Shown here one piece after another: positions 9,640 to 18,498 of a stretch of 64,000 bases of DNA. Position 1 is the stretch's first letter, and every line of letters begins with the position of its first letter. Source of the DNA: a bacterium (GTDB lineage Bacteria > Electryoneota > Electryoneia > Electryoneales > Electryoneaceae); the NCBI GenBank assembly GCA_963675295.2, contig CAXXKJ010000002.1, forward strand, positions 1 through 64,000. Reading direction: 5' to 3'. The notes under the pieces are model-generated. The model saw only the letters and a program-made list of their open reading frames with translations, was not told the origin of the DNA and made no database searches. A program made the translations under genes and the position numbers.

Positions 9640-9863
9640 GGGGACATCTGGCCCACCTAGCGCGGCATGGGTCTGAGATCGAACGCAACAGCAAATCCAG
9701 GCGATTGATCGTTGTGGAAGCGGCTTTGGTGGGACAGGTGTCCCCGGGGGATCGTTGCGAGGGACACCTGCCGGCACATTTCGTGAGGATAACAGGCTAC
9801 GGGTGTAGACGATTCGGGTGCATCACAGCGAAGCACCGCCCGCAAGTGCCGTCAGACGTCCCC
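9640..9863. repeat. MITE/BIME-like element (copy 2)
   Basis: GGGGACATCTGGCCCACC..CAAGTGCCGTCAGACGTCCCC. Confidence 0.8.
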
Positions 9864-9878
9864 TTCCAGTCCCTCTTG

Positions 9879-11201
9879 TCAGGCGCGCATGCCTTCGATG
9901 CGGGGGCGGACCGGTGTCGGGATGTGTTTGTAGCGCGGCAGGTTGATGATCAGGTAGCGGAGGGCGTCCATCAGGTGATCATGTTCGCCGTCCTTGTCCG
10001 GGTTGTCACCGTGTATGTCCCACTGGTAACCCTCGAAGGCGGTGCGCAGACGGGTGCAGCGCGGATCGATGCGGAGCGAAACGTTCCCGAACGCATCCAG
10101 CAGGAACGAGCGCACGGTCTCGACACCCGGATCGATGTTGGAGCGTCGGTAGTCAAGTTTGAAGCCGGCGTCACGGAAGGTGTCGACCGAACTGATGCCG
10201 ATGTCCATGTTCGCCGCGCCGGCCGGATCGACGGCAGTCCAGGTGAAATCCCTCTCACTGAGGCCGAATCGCTGATCGACTTGATGTATTTGATCCATCA
10301 ATTTGCGTAACCCCCAGCGATCACCAAGCAGTTCGGCAAAAATGACGAGGGATCCGTCCTCGTCTTCTTCCGCCCAGATCACGGCGGGCCGGCGGTAGCC
10401 CCAGTCGATGCCGCGGTACAGTTTCGCGCCCGGCTTCCGGCCAGGGATGCACGGTTCGCTGAGCACATGGATCTGAGGATCGAACTGATCGTACACCCTC
10501 CCCTCCGCGCCTTCGAAGCTGAGTTCCTGCTCGCGCCGCCAGCGTGCGCTGGACAACCCGGCGCGGGCGTCCTCCTCCCATTCGCTGTCCCGTTCCGGAT
10601 TCTCGCTGTAATGAACCCGGGCGACGGTAAACACGCCGCTGGTATCGTGAATCAGCTCGTAGAAGGTGCCGAGCGGCCCGTTTGGCGTGGACACGCCGAA
10701 GAAGTGGCCGCCGGAATCGACTGCCGGTTTGACGGCTGTCCAGATCTCCTCATCGTTGGGTGTGAACGCCATTTCGTCCCAGAACAATGTCCGAGGTGAC
10801 AACCCGCGCACGGCGAACGGCGCGGCGGGCAGCGAAAGGATGCGGGCGTCCAGGGTTGGAAACGCGATCTCGGTGCGGGACGCCTTGACCTCGGGCAGGT
10901 CGGCGTCCTCGGTGGCGTAGGCCAGCAGAAACCGGATGCGTTCGATCATTTCCTTCGCCGACCGTTCCTCCTTGCTGATCACCAGGTGAATGCCGGGGCC
11001 GCCGTTCAGCGCGCGGTACAACACGTACGCGCAGCCGAGCCAGGTGACCATCATCTGACGGCTTTTCACGACCAGCAGCCGGTCATGCTTGTCCAGATCA
11101 TGCGCCAGCTTCCGGACATACGGCCAGTCCGGGAATGGTTGCGGCAGGATGTGGCCGGGTGCCCAGGTGCGGAGGGTGTACAGGAAGTCGAGGAAGGTCA
11201 T
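9879..11201 (-). CDS. terL: Terminase large subunit
   Basis: KSRQMMVTW (Walker A region), LFWDEMAF (Walker B), STPNG coupling motif, nuclease GIDWGY..VDPAG..DHLMDALRY. Start placed at 11201 because the upstream in-frame extension is repeat DNA. Confidence 0.92.
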   Translation of the reverse strand: MTFLDFLYTLRTWAPGHILPQPFPDWPYVRKLAHDLDKHDRLLVVKSRQMMVTWLGCAYVLYRALNGGPGIHLVISKEERSAKEMIERIRFLLAYATEDADLPEVKASRTEIAFPTLDARILSLPAAPFAVRGLSPRTLFWDEMAFTPNDEEIWTAVKPAVDSGGHFFGVSTPNGPLGTFYELIHDTSGVFTVARVHYSENPERDSEWEEDARAGLSSARWRREQELSFEGAEGRVYDQFDPQIHVLSEPCIPGRKPGAKLYRGIDWGYRRPAVIWAEEDEDGSLVIFAELLGDRWGLRKLMDQIHQVDQRFGLSERDFTWTAVDPAGAANMDIGISSVDTFRDAGFKLDYRRSNIDPGVETVRSFLLDAFGNVSLRIDPRCTRLRTAFEGYQWDIHGDNPDKDGEHDHLMDALRYLIINLPRYKHIPTPVRPRIEGMRA

Positions 11202-11257
11202 GAGGGTAACCGGTGGTCGATGATCGGTTGTCGGTAACGGCTTAGCAAAGGGAGACT

Positions 11258-11480
11258 GGGACATCTGGTCCACCTGGTTGGCGCTTGTCAGGGATTTGCC
11301 ACGAAAACACCGGGCGAGGCAGGATGCTGCGTTGCGGGTGCCGGTGGGACAGGTGTCCCGGGTGGAATCGGATCGGGGGACACCTGCCGGCACAACCCGC
11401 GCGTCGCAACGGGCAGGTTGATCCGTGTTTCCAGCTTTATCAACGCGAACCGCTGCTGGTGAGTGCCGTCAGATGTCCCC
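11258..11480. repeat. MITE/BIME-like element (copy 3)
   Basis: GGGACATCTGGTCCACC..GAGTGCCGTCAGATGTCCCC. Confidence 0.8.
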
Positions 11481-11489
11481 GTGCTTCGG

Positions 11490-12341
11490 TCACCACGACG
11501 CGGAGGGAGCGTTCGGCTGACGGCGGGACGCGGTGGGCAGTGGCAGGCGAATGAACGGGGTCAGGTTGTGCAGAGCGCGATCTTCATAGCGCAACGCGAG
11601 CTCCATGAATCGGCGTGCACGGTTGTCGCTACTGCTGTCGCTGTTGCGAGAAAGCACCCCGGCGGCGAGATCGTCGCAGACATACGCGAGCGCTAATTCA
11701 GTTGTGCCGAGGGTGAGACCGTAGTCTTTGCTGGTCGCGTCATACTCGGGCTTCAGCCGGGCGAGGATTTTACCCTCGGCGTCTGCGATCGCCTGGTTCA
11801 GCAAGCCCTCGGACGCCCTTGCGCGGGTGGTCGCGTAGCTGACATAGACCCGGACAGGATCGGGCAGGTTGCTGTCCAGCAGTCGGGCAATCGTGCCCCG
11901 GTCGAGGTCGATTTCGTAGTCCACATCGACAGTCACCTCGTTGAGCGGGAGCAGCCACACCTGGACCGTTCCGCCGTCCGCAATCAACCCTCCGACGAGG
12001 CGTTTGATCTGCGCTGTGTCTTCGTTGACCGCGTAATCCAGCCCCTCGGTGTAGCGTTGCAACGGGTATTCGTCCGCCGCGACGACGACCGTTGCCGGCA
12101 GGATCGCGTCATAGCCGATGTTGGTCCACGTTTCTCCGTTAAGGGTCAGCTGCACAGGTCCGGCGGGGGTGTTGGTCTGCTGGGTGTAGACGGTAACGCT
12201 GTCATCCGCGAGACCGTTGTGCGGCAGCTGGGTGGTGTCGGTGCCGAACAGGACGACCGGTTCGAAATTGATCTCGATCGCGTCAAAGTCGAACGCCTGC
12301 AGGTGGTTACGCAGGGTGGCAAGATCGGTGAACACACTCAT
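11490..12341 (-). CDS. Putative head-completion/adaptor protein with inserted tandem beta domains
   Basis: N-terminal FTDLATLRNHL and C-terminal LLNQAIADAEGKILARL..YEDRALHNL helices resemble adaptors; two internal DY.(V/I)...(T/G).I.RL repeats; GGAGG SD and ATGA overlap with the upstream gene. Confidence 0.6.
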   Translation of the reverse strand: MSVFTDLATLRNHLQAFDFDAIEINFEPVVLFGTDTTQLPHNGLADDSVTVYTQQTNTPAGPVQLTLNGETWTNIGYDAILPATVVVAADEYPLQRYTEGLDYAVNEDTAQIKRLVGGLIADGGTVQVWLLPLNEVTVDVDYEIDLDRGTIARLLDSNLPDPVRVYVSYATTRARASEGLLNQAIADAEGKILARLKPEYDATSKDYGLTLGTTELALAYVCDDLAAGVLSRNSDSSSDNRARRFMELALRYEDRALHNLTPFIRLPLPTASRRQPNAPSASW

Positions 12342-12718
12342 GCGTCCTCCTTCAGCAGCAGGTGAAGAGTGACGAAAAAGGTGCTGTTCGGCGGCAAGCC
12401 TCCGATGTACAGCGGCATCGTGACATAGTTGCGCAACAGGGCGACGGTGTAGGTCTGGGGGGAGGTGGCATAGATCGCGCTGAGGGCGAAACGGTCGCCG
12501 GCATCGAAGGAAACGTCCAGCTCGGCGGTGTGCAGGGTGCTGCCGTCCCAGATGGACAGGGAGCGGACGACGCCGGCGCTGGTCATCGGGAAGCCGTCTC
12601 CGGACTCTCCGCCGGGACCGTTGAGGAACGTGTTGTTGGTGGTCACGGTCGCGGAGAAGTGCAGCATGGCCGGCGTCAGTTTTGCCTCCAGCCATGCGGC
12701 GGTGAGGTTGAGGGACAT
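12338..12718 (-). CDS. Hypothetical beta-rich protein, probably virion-associated
   Basis: 126 aa, GGAG SD, translationally coupled to the adaptor-like gene. Confidence 0.65.
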   Translation of the reverse strand: MSLNLTAAWLEAKLTPAMLHFSATVTTNNTFLNGPGGESGDGFPMTSAGVVRSLSIWDGSTLHTAELDVSFDAGDRFALSAIYATSPQTYTVALLRNYVTMPLYIGGLPPNSTFFVTLHLLLKEDA

Positions 12719-12757
12719 AGGGTAGTCTCCAGGTGTGAGGTGTGAGGGTTGAAGCAG

Positions 12758-12915
12758 GGGGACATCTTTGGGATTTACGGGACACCTATCCGGGGACACT
12801 TACTCCGCTAAGTGTCCCCGGCGCAAGCGTCGTGTCAGTGGGGACAAGTACTCCGCTACATGTCTCTGATAGTCTGCCAGACGGGGGGACACTTTGAGGA
12901 CAAAGTGTCCCCGTC
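12758..12915. repeat. Cluster of GGGGACAC..GTGTCCCC REP-like hairpins
   Basis: Several hairpins; near-identical copy at 16080-16110, related copy at about 1399-1427. Confidence 0.75.
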
Positions 12916-12953
12916 TACTAGTCGTTGGCTCGATCAATGTCCCTGGCGAGGGA

Positions 12954-15632
12954 CTATTCCTGACGGATACCGTCGGCGGGCTTCATGTGCGCGCTTTTCA
13001 GGCCCTGGGACGCCATCATACCGAGCGTAATCAGCATCACCGCCAGCCAGCTGGCGAGCGGAATCCAGAACGGAATCCCGGAACGGTAGGCAAAATTCTC
13101 GAACCACTTGTTGAGCAGCCAGATCGAGACCGGAATCCCGACCAGACCGGCGAGGATGCCATGCGGAAGGAACCGGCGCGTCAGCAGCGACAGCACATTC
13201 ATCGTGCTCGCGCCGAGCACCTTGCGGATGCTGATTTCGGCGCGCCGTTGCTGCACGATCGACGCCGCCAGGCCAAGCAGGCCCATCAACGCGATGATAA
13301 CCGTAACCGCCGACACTCCGGCGAGCATGCGGCTGGTTTGTTCTTCGTAACGGTACTGCGCATCGAAGATGTCGTCGAGGAAGCGATACTCGAACGGCAG
13401 ACCGGGAAACTGTTCCGCCCATGTATCACGCACGAAATCCATCGCTTCGGGGATCTGATTTTCGGCGAGGGTCAGGGTGATCAAGCGGTGCAGCGATCGT
13501 TCCTGGTCGAGCAACAGCGGCTTGAGCTCCTGCTGCATGCCGAGGATGTGGAAATCCTCGACCACCCCGATCACTTCCTTCGACTTGCGGTAGTAATGCG
13601 CGAAATACTGCTTGCCGATCACCTCCTCCGGGTTCGCGAAGCCGAGGTTGGCGACAGCGGTGCGGGTCATCAGGTAGCCTTGCCCGGCGTCCTCAGGACT
13701 GTCCGGATTGAACAGCCGTCCCGCGACCAGTTTGAGCCCGTACACATCGGTGTAGTGCGGATCACAGGTGACCACATTGGTCCACACTCCCTGTTCCTCC
13801 AGCTTGTCCGGCTCCCACAGGTAGTAGCCACCCTGTTGATCGCCGGGGACCGCGGAAGACACCGTCCCGTTCAATACCCCTGGATGCGCAATGAGGGCGC
13901 GGCGGACATCCTCGAACCGTGTCCGGAAACCCGGCAGGTCGCTTTTCACCTCGAGGACGAGCTTCTGTTCCTTGTCGAAGCCGAGCGATTTGCCTTTCAT
14001 GAATGCCAGTTGCCGTTGCACGATCCCGGTGCTGACCAGAAGGATGGTGAGCACGACGAGTTGGATGAACACCAGCGCGTGCTGGCCACGCATGCGGTGT
14101 CGTCCCCCGGGACGGCTGCGCAGCAAATCAACTGGCCGGCTGAGCATGTGGACCGTTGCCGGGATCACCCCCGCGCCGACCATCACCAGCAGTACAAGTC
14201 CGCCCATCACCGCAAGCACGACGGGATGGCCGAGCCCGGTGATTGACAAATCGCGACCGGTGTAGAGGTTGAACAGGGGCAGTACTGCCTCGACCAACAG
14301 CACAGCTCCGAGCAGAGCAATCGTGGTGATCAGCAAGGATTCCGCGAGGAATTGCCACACCATGTGCTTGCGGAACGCTCCGAACGCGCGGCGGACGCTG
14401 AACTCATGCGCCCGTTGCAGCGACAGGCTGGCGGCGAGGTGGACGAAGTTGATGCTGGCGACAAGCAGGATCAGCAGCGCGACGGATGCGTACACGGTGA
14501 TGTAGGTGATGTCGCCCATCGGTTCGGGGTTGCGTCTGACGTCCTTGCCAAGGTGGATGTCGGTGACCGGTTGCAGCTCAAACTCGGTAAAGATCTGACG
14601 GTCGCCGAGGTTTTCCCTGGACACCGGGTTGTGTTCAGCGGCGACTCGCTGCAACGCCTGCTCGAATTCGACAGGGTTCATGCCGGGTGCAAGACGGACG
14701 TACGTGAAGCGGGTGTGATACTCCAGCCACTCGGTTTCCAGGTCAGGCAATACCTGCGCCAGCGTTGAGCTGGACAGCCAGAAATCGCCCTTCAGATGCG
14801 TGTTGACCGGCGAATCCTCGACCACGCCGGTGATGCGAAACTCGGCTTGTTCGAGCGGAGCGTACCAGTCGTAATCGATCTCGATTGTGACCGTCTCACC
14901 GACCACATCGGTCCGTCCGAACAACTTTTTCGCCCACGATTCGCTGATCAGCATGGTGTACGGATCGCGCAGCGACTGAGCGCGAGACCCATTCAGAAAC
15001 GGAATGGCGAACATCTCAAGCAATTCCGGATCGGCAAACCAGACCCGGTCGCTGTAGTACACCTGCTCGCCCGTTTGAATCAAGACATGGTCGGCGTTTT
15101 CCATCGGCGCGTCGATCCGTACCACCTTTTCCGCCTGTGGAAATTCTTCACGGATACGGCTGGCGATCAGCGGCGAGGAGGTCGCGGTCAGGAACGTCCC
15201 GACGCGATTGGTTGTGTTGGAGTTGATGCGATACAGGCGATCTGCGAACGGCTGCTGCTTGTCGTAGCTGAGTTCGTTGACCGCGTATAACGTGATCAGG
15301 ATGCTGCACGCCAGCCCGACCACCAGGCCGAGGCTGTGGGTCAGGGTGCGGATGCGGTTGCGTTTGATGTGCCGCCACGCCAGCCGCAGGTTGTCCCGGA
15401 AATGGACCATCGCCCAGTAGAGGCTGTGCATCAGAGCGGCGCCGAGGTTCAGCGGGATCTGCAGCAGGTACCACAAGTTGGCACGCAGCGTGCCGCGCTC
15501 TTCATGCAGCTCCGCGTACTGTTCCTCGAGGTCGCCGAGGGTGGTGGCGGCGTGGTCCTCGGGCAGAAACAGCTCGAGCGGCCACTCGAAGGCGCGTGGG
15601 GGCCGTGGGGATGGTGTGGAATCGTCGGGCAT
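12954..15632 (-). CDS. MacB/FtsX-like duplicated ABC transporter permease with N-terminal prefix domain (no ATPase nearby)
   Basis: PPR..W.LE.FLP....GDLEEQY prefix, GLVVGLAC, LQPVTDIHL, INFVHL..RAHEFSVRRAFGA, QFLAES, GFDKEQ, RRAEISIRKVLGAS. Confidence 0.92.
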   Translation of the reverse strand: MPDDSTPSPRPPRAFEWPLELFLPEDHAATTLGDLEEQYAELHEERGTLRANLWYLLQIPLNLGAALMHSLYWAMVHFRDNLRLAWRHIKRNRIRTLTHSLGLVVGLACSILITLYAVNELSYDKQQPFADRLYRINSNTTNRVGTFLTATSSPLIASRIREEFPQAEKVVRIDAPMENADHVLIQTGEQVYYSDRVWFADPELLEMFAIPFLNGSRAQSLRDPYTMLISESWAKKLFGRTDVVGETVTIEIDYDWYAPLEQAEFRITGVVEDSPVNTHLKGDFWLSSSTLAQVLPDLETEWLEYHTRFTYVRLAPGMNPVEFEQALQRVAAEHNPVSRENLGDRQIFTEFELQPVTDIHLGKDVRRNPEPMGDITYITVYASVALLILLVASINFVHLAASLSLQRAHEFSVRRAFGAFRKHMVWQFLAESLLITTIALLGAVLLVEAVLPLFNLYTGRDLSITGLGHPVVLAVMGGLVLLVMVGAGVIPATVHMLSRPVDLLRSRPGGRHRMRGQHALVFIQLVVLTILLVSTGIVQRQLAFMKGKSLGFDKEQKLVLEVKSDLPGFRTRFEDVRRALIAHPGVLNGTVSSAVPGDQQGGYYLWEPDKLEEQGVWTNVVTCDPHYTDVYGLKLVAGRLFNPDSPEDAGQGYLMTRTAVANLGFANPEEVIGKQYFAHYYRKSKEVIGVVEDFHILGMQQELKPLLLDQERSLHRLITLTLAENQIPEAMDFVRDTWAEQFPGLPFEYRFLDDIFDAQYRYEEQTSRMLAGVSAVTVIIALMGLLGLAASIVQQRRAEISIRKVLGASTMNVLSLLTRRFLPHGILAGLVGIPVSIWLLNKWFENFAYRSGIPFWIPLASWLAVMLITLGMMASQGLKSAHMKPADGIRQE

Positions 15633-15634
15633 GG

Positions 15635-15955
15635 CTATCTCCGCAACATCTCGGGAACGCCGGACCACAGTTCCTGGTTGATCTGATTGATCTGCCGGAG
15701 AGCCTCCACTCCCTCCCTGCGCACCGTGTACAGCCGTTTCCGCCGTCCGCCACGCACGCTTTCCGGCTCGGAGAAGTTCGAATCGACCAGGCCCTGTTTC
15801 TCGAGACGTTCCAGCGTGCTGTGGATCGCCCCATGGGAAACCGAGCTGCCGGTCAACTCTTTCAGCTCCTTGCGGATGGTGACACCGTAGGCATTTTCGC
15901 CCAGGCGTGTGATCGCAAGCAGCAGGTGTTCCTCGAATCGGGACAGCAGTTTCAT
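15635..15955 (-). CDS. PadR-family transcriptional regulator
   Basis: FEEHLLLAI..AYGVTIRKEL..GAIHSTLERLEKQGLV..RGGRRKRLY. Confidence 0.93.
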   Translation of the reverse strand: MKLLSRFEEHLLLAITRLGENAYGVTIRKELKELTGSSVSHGAIHSTLERLEKQGLVDSNFSEPESVRGGRRKRLYTVRREGVEALRQINQINQELWSGVPEMLRR

Positions 15956-15988
15956 CGCGGATTCCGGGTGTCGCTGCATTTCTTTCAG

Positions 15989-16017
15989 AAAGTAGGACAA
16001 ACCTCACGGGTGTGCAA
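15989..16017 (-). promoter_or_regulatory. Putative sigma70 promoter of padR
   Basis: TTGCAC-N17-TACTTT on the minus strand. Confidence 0.55.
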
Positions 16018-16154
16018 GGGAATCGTGGAGACCGGGAAATGCAGGTGAATTCACAGGGCAGGAACAAAGACTGGAATATCGGGGACACTTGCTCCGTCAA
16101 GTGTCCCCGGCTTGGTTTAACTCAAGACTCACGACTCAGGACTCAAGACTGCTG

Positions 16155-17237
16155 TCAGTAATCCAGCAGCTTGCGCGCGTCGTCGACCATCACGGTGTAC
16201 ACCGCTTCCTTGGAGACGACGGCGGTCTCGAGCTTGCGTTCGATCACCTTGTCGGCTTCGATCATCAACGGCTGCGCGACCGATTCCCGGATCGCGAAAC
16301 GGCCGTCAATGCCCATCAGCTTGGTGCTGCTGGCATTCGGCACGACGACCAGCTTGGCGTTCATCGGCATCATGCTGGACAAACGGCCGGTGACCTGGAA
16401 CAGGTCCTTCGCGGTGAAGGTGGTGGCATCCTTGAACGGGCTCATGTTGAGCACGCCCTCGATGTCGTTGCGGGTGGCGAGGATGTGGGTCATCTGCGCC
16501 GGGACGTCGAAGCTGGACGCCAGGTGCACCAGGTCACTGTAGGCGAGGGTGCCCGCGGTTCCGTTGAACACGTCCGTCGCCGCCGGGCTGGTGTTGTCAC
16601 CGTTCAACGCGACGTCATAGATCGTGTCGATCTCATCGTACGCGATCTGCGCGCCGATCCACCACAGGAAGACACGGAACTCGGCCAGCTTCTGGTTCTT
16701 GACGACACGGTAAGAGAAGTCGAACTGCCGTCCCCGGTCGAGGATCGCGGCTTCCTTGTCACGGTACAACAGCTGCACCCGCGGGTAGGCCGACCCGCCA
16801 CCGGCGCCGCGCTTGCCAGCGGTCTTCTTCGCATCATCCGTCTGCAGGTAAATCGGGCGCACGGTCGGACCCTGCTCGGGCACACTGACCGCGACCAGCT
16901 CGGACGGGTCCTGCACCATCGTGTAGCCACGCTTGATCTCGCGCAGGATGTATTCCGGCAGCAGGATCAACGCGCCGCCGACAAAGAACTGTTCGACGGT
17001 AATCGCCTCGCGGCCGTTGGTGACAACATTCTGCACCGCCAGCTGCCGCTCGAACGCGTCCAGATCGGACTGGATCCGGCCCTGTTCGTCACGCGGGGAC
17101 GGGTCCTTCAGTTCGAGCCATTCGGTCAACGTGAGGCCCGCTTCCTGGGCTTCATGGTACAACGCCAGGTTGCCGGCGCGGGAGTGTTCGACCACGGTGG
17201 ACTTCAACTTCGTGGCCTGGGACAGGTCAACGCTCAT
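16155..17237 (-). CDS. Phage major capsid protein (HK97-like fold inferred)
   Basis: 360 aa; GLTLTEWLELKDPS..LDAFERQL..VEQFF..LLPEYILREI..GRQFDFSYRVV..LMIEADKVIERKLE; strong GGAG SD; follows the decoration gene. Confidence 0.88.
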   Translation of the reverse strand: MSVDLSQATKLKSTVVEHSRAGNLALYHEAQEAGLTLTEWLELKDPSPRDEQGRIQSDLDAFERQLAVQNVVTNGREAITVEQFFVGGALILLPEYILREIKRGYTMVQDPSELVAVSVPEQGPTVRPIYLQTDDAKKTAGKRGAGGGSAYPRVQLLYRDKEAAILDRGRQFDFSYRVVKNQKLAEFRVFLWWIGAQIAYDEIDTIYDVALNGDNTSPAATDVFNGTAGTLAYSDLVHLASSFDVPAQMTHILATRNDIEGVLNMSPFKDATTFTAKDLFQVTGRLSSMMPMNAKLVVVPNASSTKLMGIDGRFAIRESVAQPLMIEADKVIERKLETAVVSKEAVYTVMVDDARKLLDY

Positions 17238-17320
17238 GGTGTATCTCCAAAGTCAGGTGTGAGGTATGAGGTGTGAAGGTGGCCCGGGTCATCGTGTGAC
17301 CCGGGTGTCAATGTCGCAGG

Positions 17321-17462
17321 GTGCCCGTGTCAAAAGACTTGCAGACGCGGATGGGGTATCGGTGAGGCACGGATCTGGTGCCCGTGTCTGCTTGCAGACG
17401 CGGACGCGGTATCGGTGAGGCACGGATCTGGTGCCCGTGTTTGCTTGCAAACGCGGACGCGG
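17321..17462. repeat. Tandem 53-57-bp repeat (about 2.6 units) built on the REP GTGCCCGTGTCTGCTTGCAGACGCGGACG
   Basis: Units start at 17321, 17378 and 17431; solo REP copies at about 21644-21673 (inverted) and 26188-26216. Confidence 0.85.
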
Positions 17463-17528
17463 CTCGGGTGGCCTGTGGACTGGTGTTACCACTGACCGCA
17501 GTCCGCAGTCCGCAGCCTTCTTTTCACA

Positions 17529-17969
17529 TCAGCCCAGCCACACGTCGCAGCTGCCGTCGCCGCTGTTCACGGCGATCACCTGGCCACGGTGGAGGTGGCC
17601 GCCGGCGGGGATGTCGGTCGCGGCGGAGGCTTTGATCACCTTCCCGGCGCCGTTCACCTCGACCATGCCATTGACCGTCGGCGCAGGGCTGCCAACCGAG
17701 AAGCGTGCGACGCCACGCGCCTGCACGGCGCAGGTGGCGGGACGGGTGGTGCCGGGCACGAGGTCGGTGCTGACCCAGACCACCTTGCCGAACAGCTTGT
17801 CGCCGCTGGAGCCTTTCGACACTTCGTTGTTGCCGGAGACGATGCACGCGGTGGAGTTACTCTCGATGTCGTCCTGCGTGAATCCCTTGTCGCCGTTGTC
17901 GATGATGGTCATAGTCAGGAACGGGCCGCCGCCGATGCCTTCGTTGGTGACGGTATACGGTGCGCTCAT
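17529..17969 (-). CDS. Capsid decoration/cement-like protein
   Basis: 146 aa, Gly/Val-rich: EVSKGSSGDKLFGKVV..CAVQARGV..VEVNGAGKV..GQVIAVN..CDVWLG; directly upstream of MCP; GAGGAG SD. Confidence 0.72.
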   Translation of the reverse strand: MSAPYTVTNEGIGGGPFLTMTIIDNGDKGFTQDDIESNSTACIVSGNNEVSKGSSGDKLFGKVVWVSTDLVPGTTRPATCAVQARGVARFSVGSPAPTVNGMVEVNGAGKVIKASAATDIPAGGHLHRGQVIAVNSGDGSCDVWLG

Positions 17970-17988
17970 GGTGTACTCCTCTGGGTTG

Positions 17989-18006
17989 TGTTGGAATAAG
18001 ACAACA
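17989..18006. promoter_or_regulatory. Operator-like palindrome TGTTG-N8-CAACA (site 2)
   Basis: TGTTGTCTTATTCCAACA (minus strand) just 5' of the decoration gene SD. Confidence 0.65.
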
Positions 18007-18111
18007 AAACGTGCACAACACGCGGGATATCATCTCGAATCGCACCGGTTGTTTCGACGGAAACGCCCTGCGAGACAGGACTCATGCGTCACGGTTGTGC
18101 GCTGGGTGAAC

Positions 18112-18498
18112 TCAGGTGGGGTCAACGAATCCGCTGCGATACTTGCCAACGGGGAACGGCTGCGAGGAAGTGTCACCGGCCGGCGGATCGGTCAGCGTGT
18201 CGTCGGGGAACCGGCGCTGCAGCTCGCTGTCGAGCGCTTCCTCGATCTCGACCAGGCGCTCAATGGATGCCGCGCGTACTTCGGCGCGTTCGCTCTCGGG
18301 ACGGCCGAGCAGGTCGCACCGTGCGAGCAGACGCTTCCGCATCGCAGTCAACAGGGCTTCGTGCTGCTCGCCGGACTGCGGACGTTTGCCGAGTTCATCG
18401 GCGGCGTAACGCAGCAGGAACGCGAGTTCGTCAAGGTTGACCTCCTCGCCGGCGCTGCACATGTCGGCCGCGGCGAGCAGTTTCGGGGTGAGTTCCAT
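18112..18498 (-). CDS. Putative capsid scaffolding-like protein, first gene of the head operon
   Basis: 128 aa helical, ..SIERLVEIEEALDSELQRRFP..KYRSG; AAGGAG SD; upstream of decoration and MCP. Function is inference. Confidence 0.55.
   Translation of the reverse strand: MELTPKLLAAADMCSAGEEVNLDELAFLLRYAADELGKRPQSGEQHEALLTAMRKRLLARCDLLGRPESERAEVRAASIERLVEIEEALDSELQRRFPDDTLTDPPAGDTSSQPFPVGKYRSGFVDPT

Larger units (their letters stand above)
6405..18498 (-). other. Head-only phage-like gene cluster (candidate domesticated/GTA-like element)
   Basis: Co-oriented MCP, decoration, scaffold-like, adaptor, TerL, portal, prohead protease and holin-like genes; no integrase, replication or tail genes seen. 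Confidence 0.8.

Noticed and set aside
11202-11393. N-terminal extensions in the ORF track (TerL, adaptor, permease, TBDR, epimerase, GT at 56298)
   Set aside because: They run through repeats, promoters or neighbouring genes; downstream starts fit SD sequences, gene overlaps or domain boundaries better.
17321-17462. Possible mini CRISPR array
   Set aside because: The intervening segments are nearly identical to each other, the repeat also occurs as solo REP copies, and there are no cas genes; it is a tandem duplication.
6405-18498. Capsid-forming PICI/satellite or encapsulin locus
   Set aside because: Satellites carry integrase and primase/replication genes, which are absent here; encapsulins do not come with portal and terminase.
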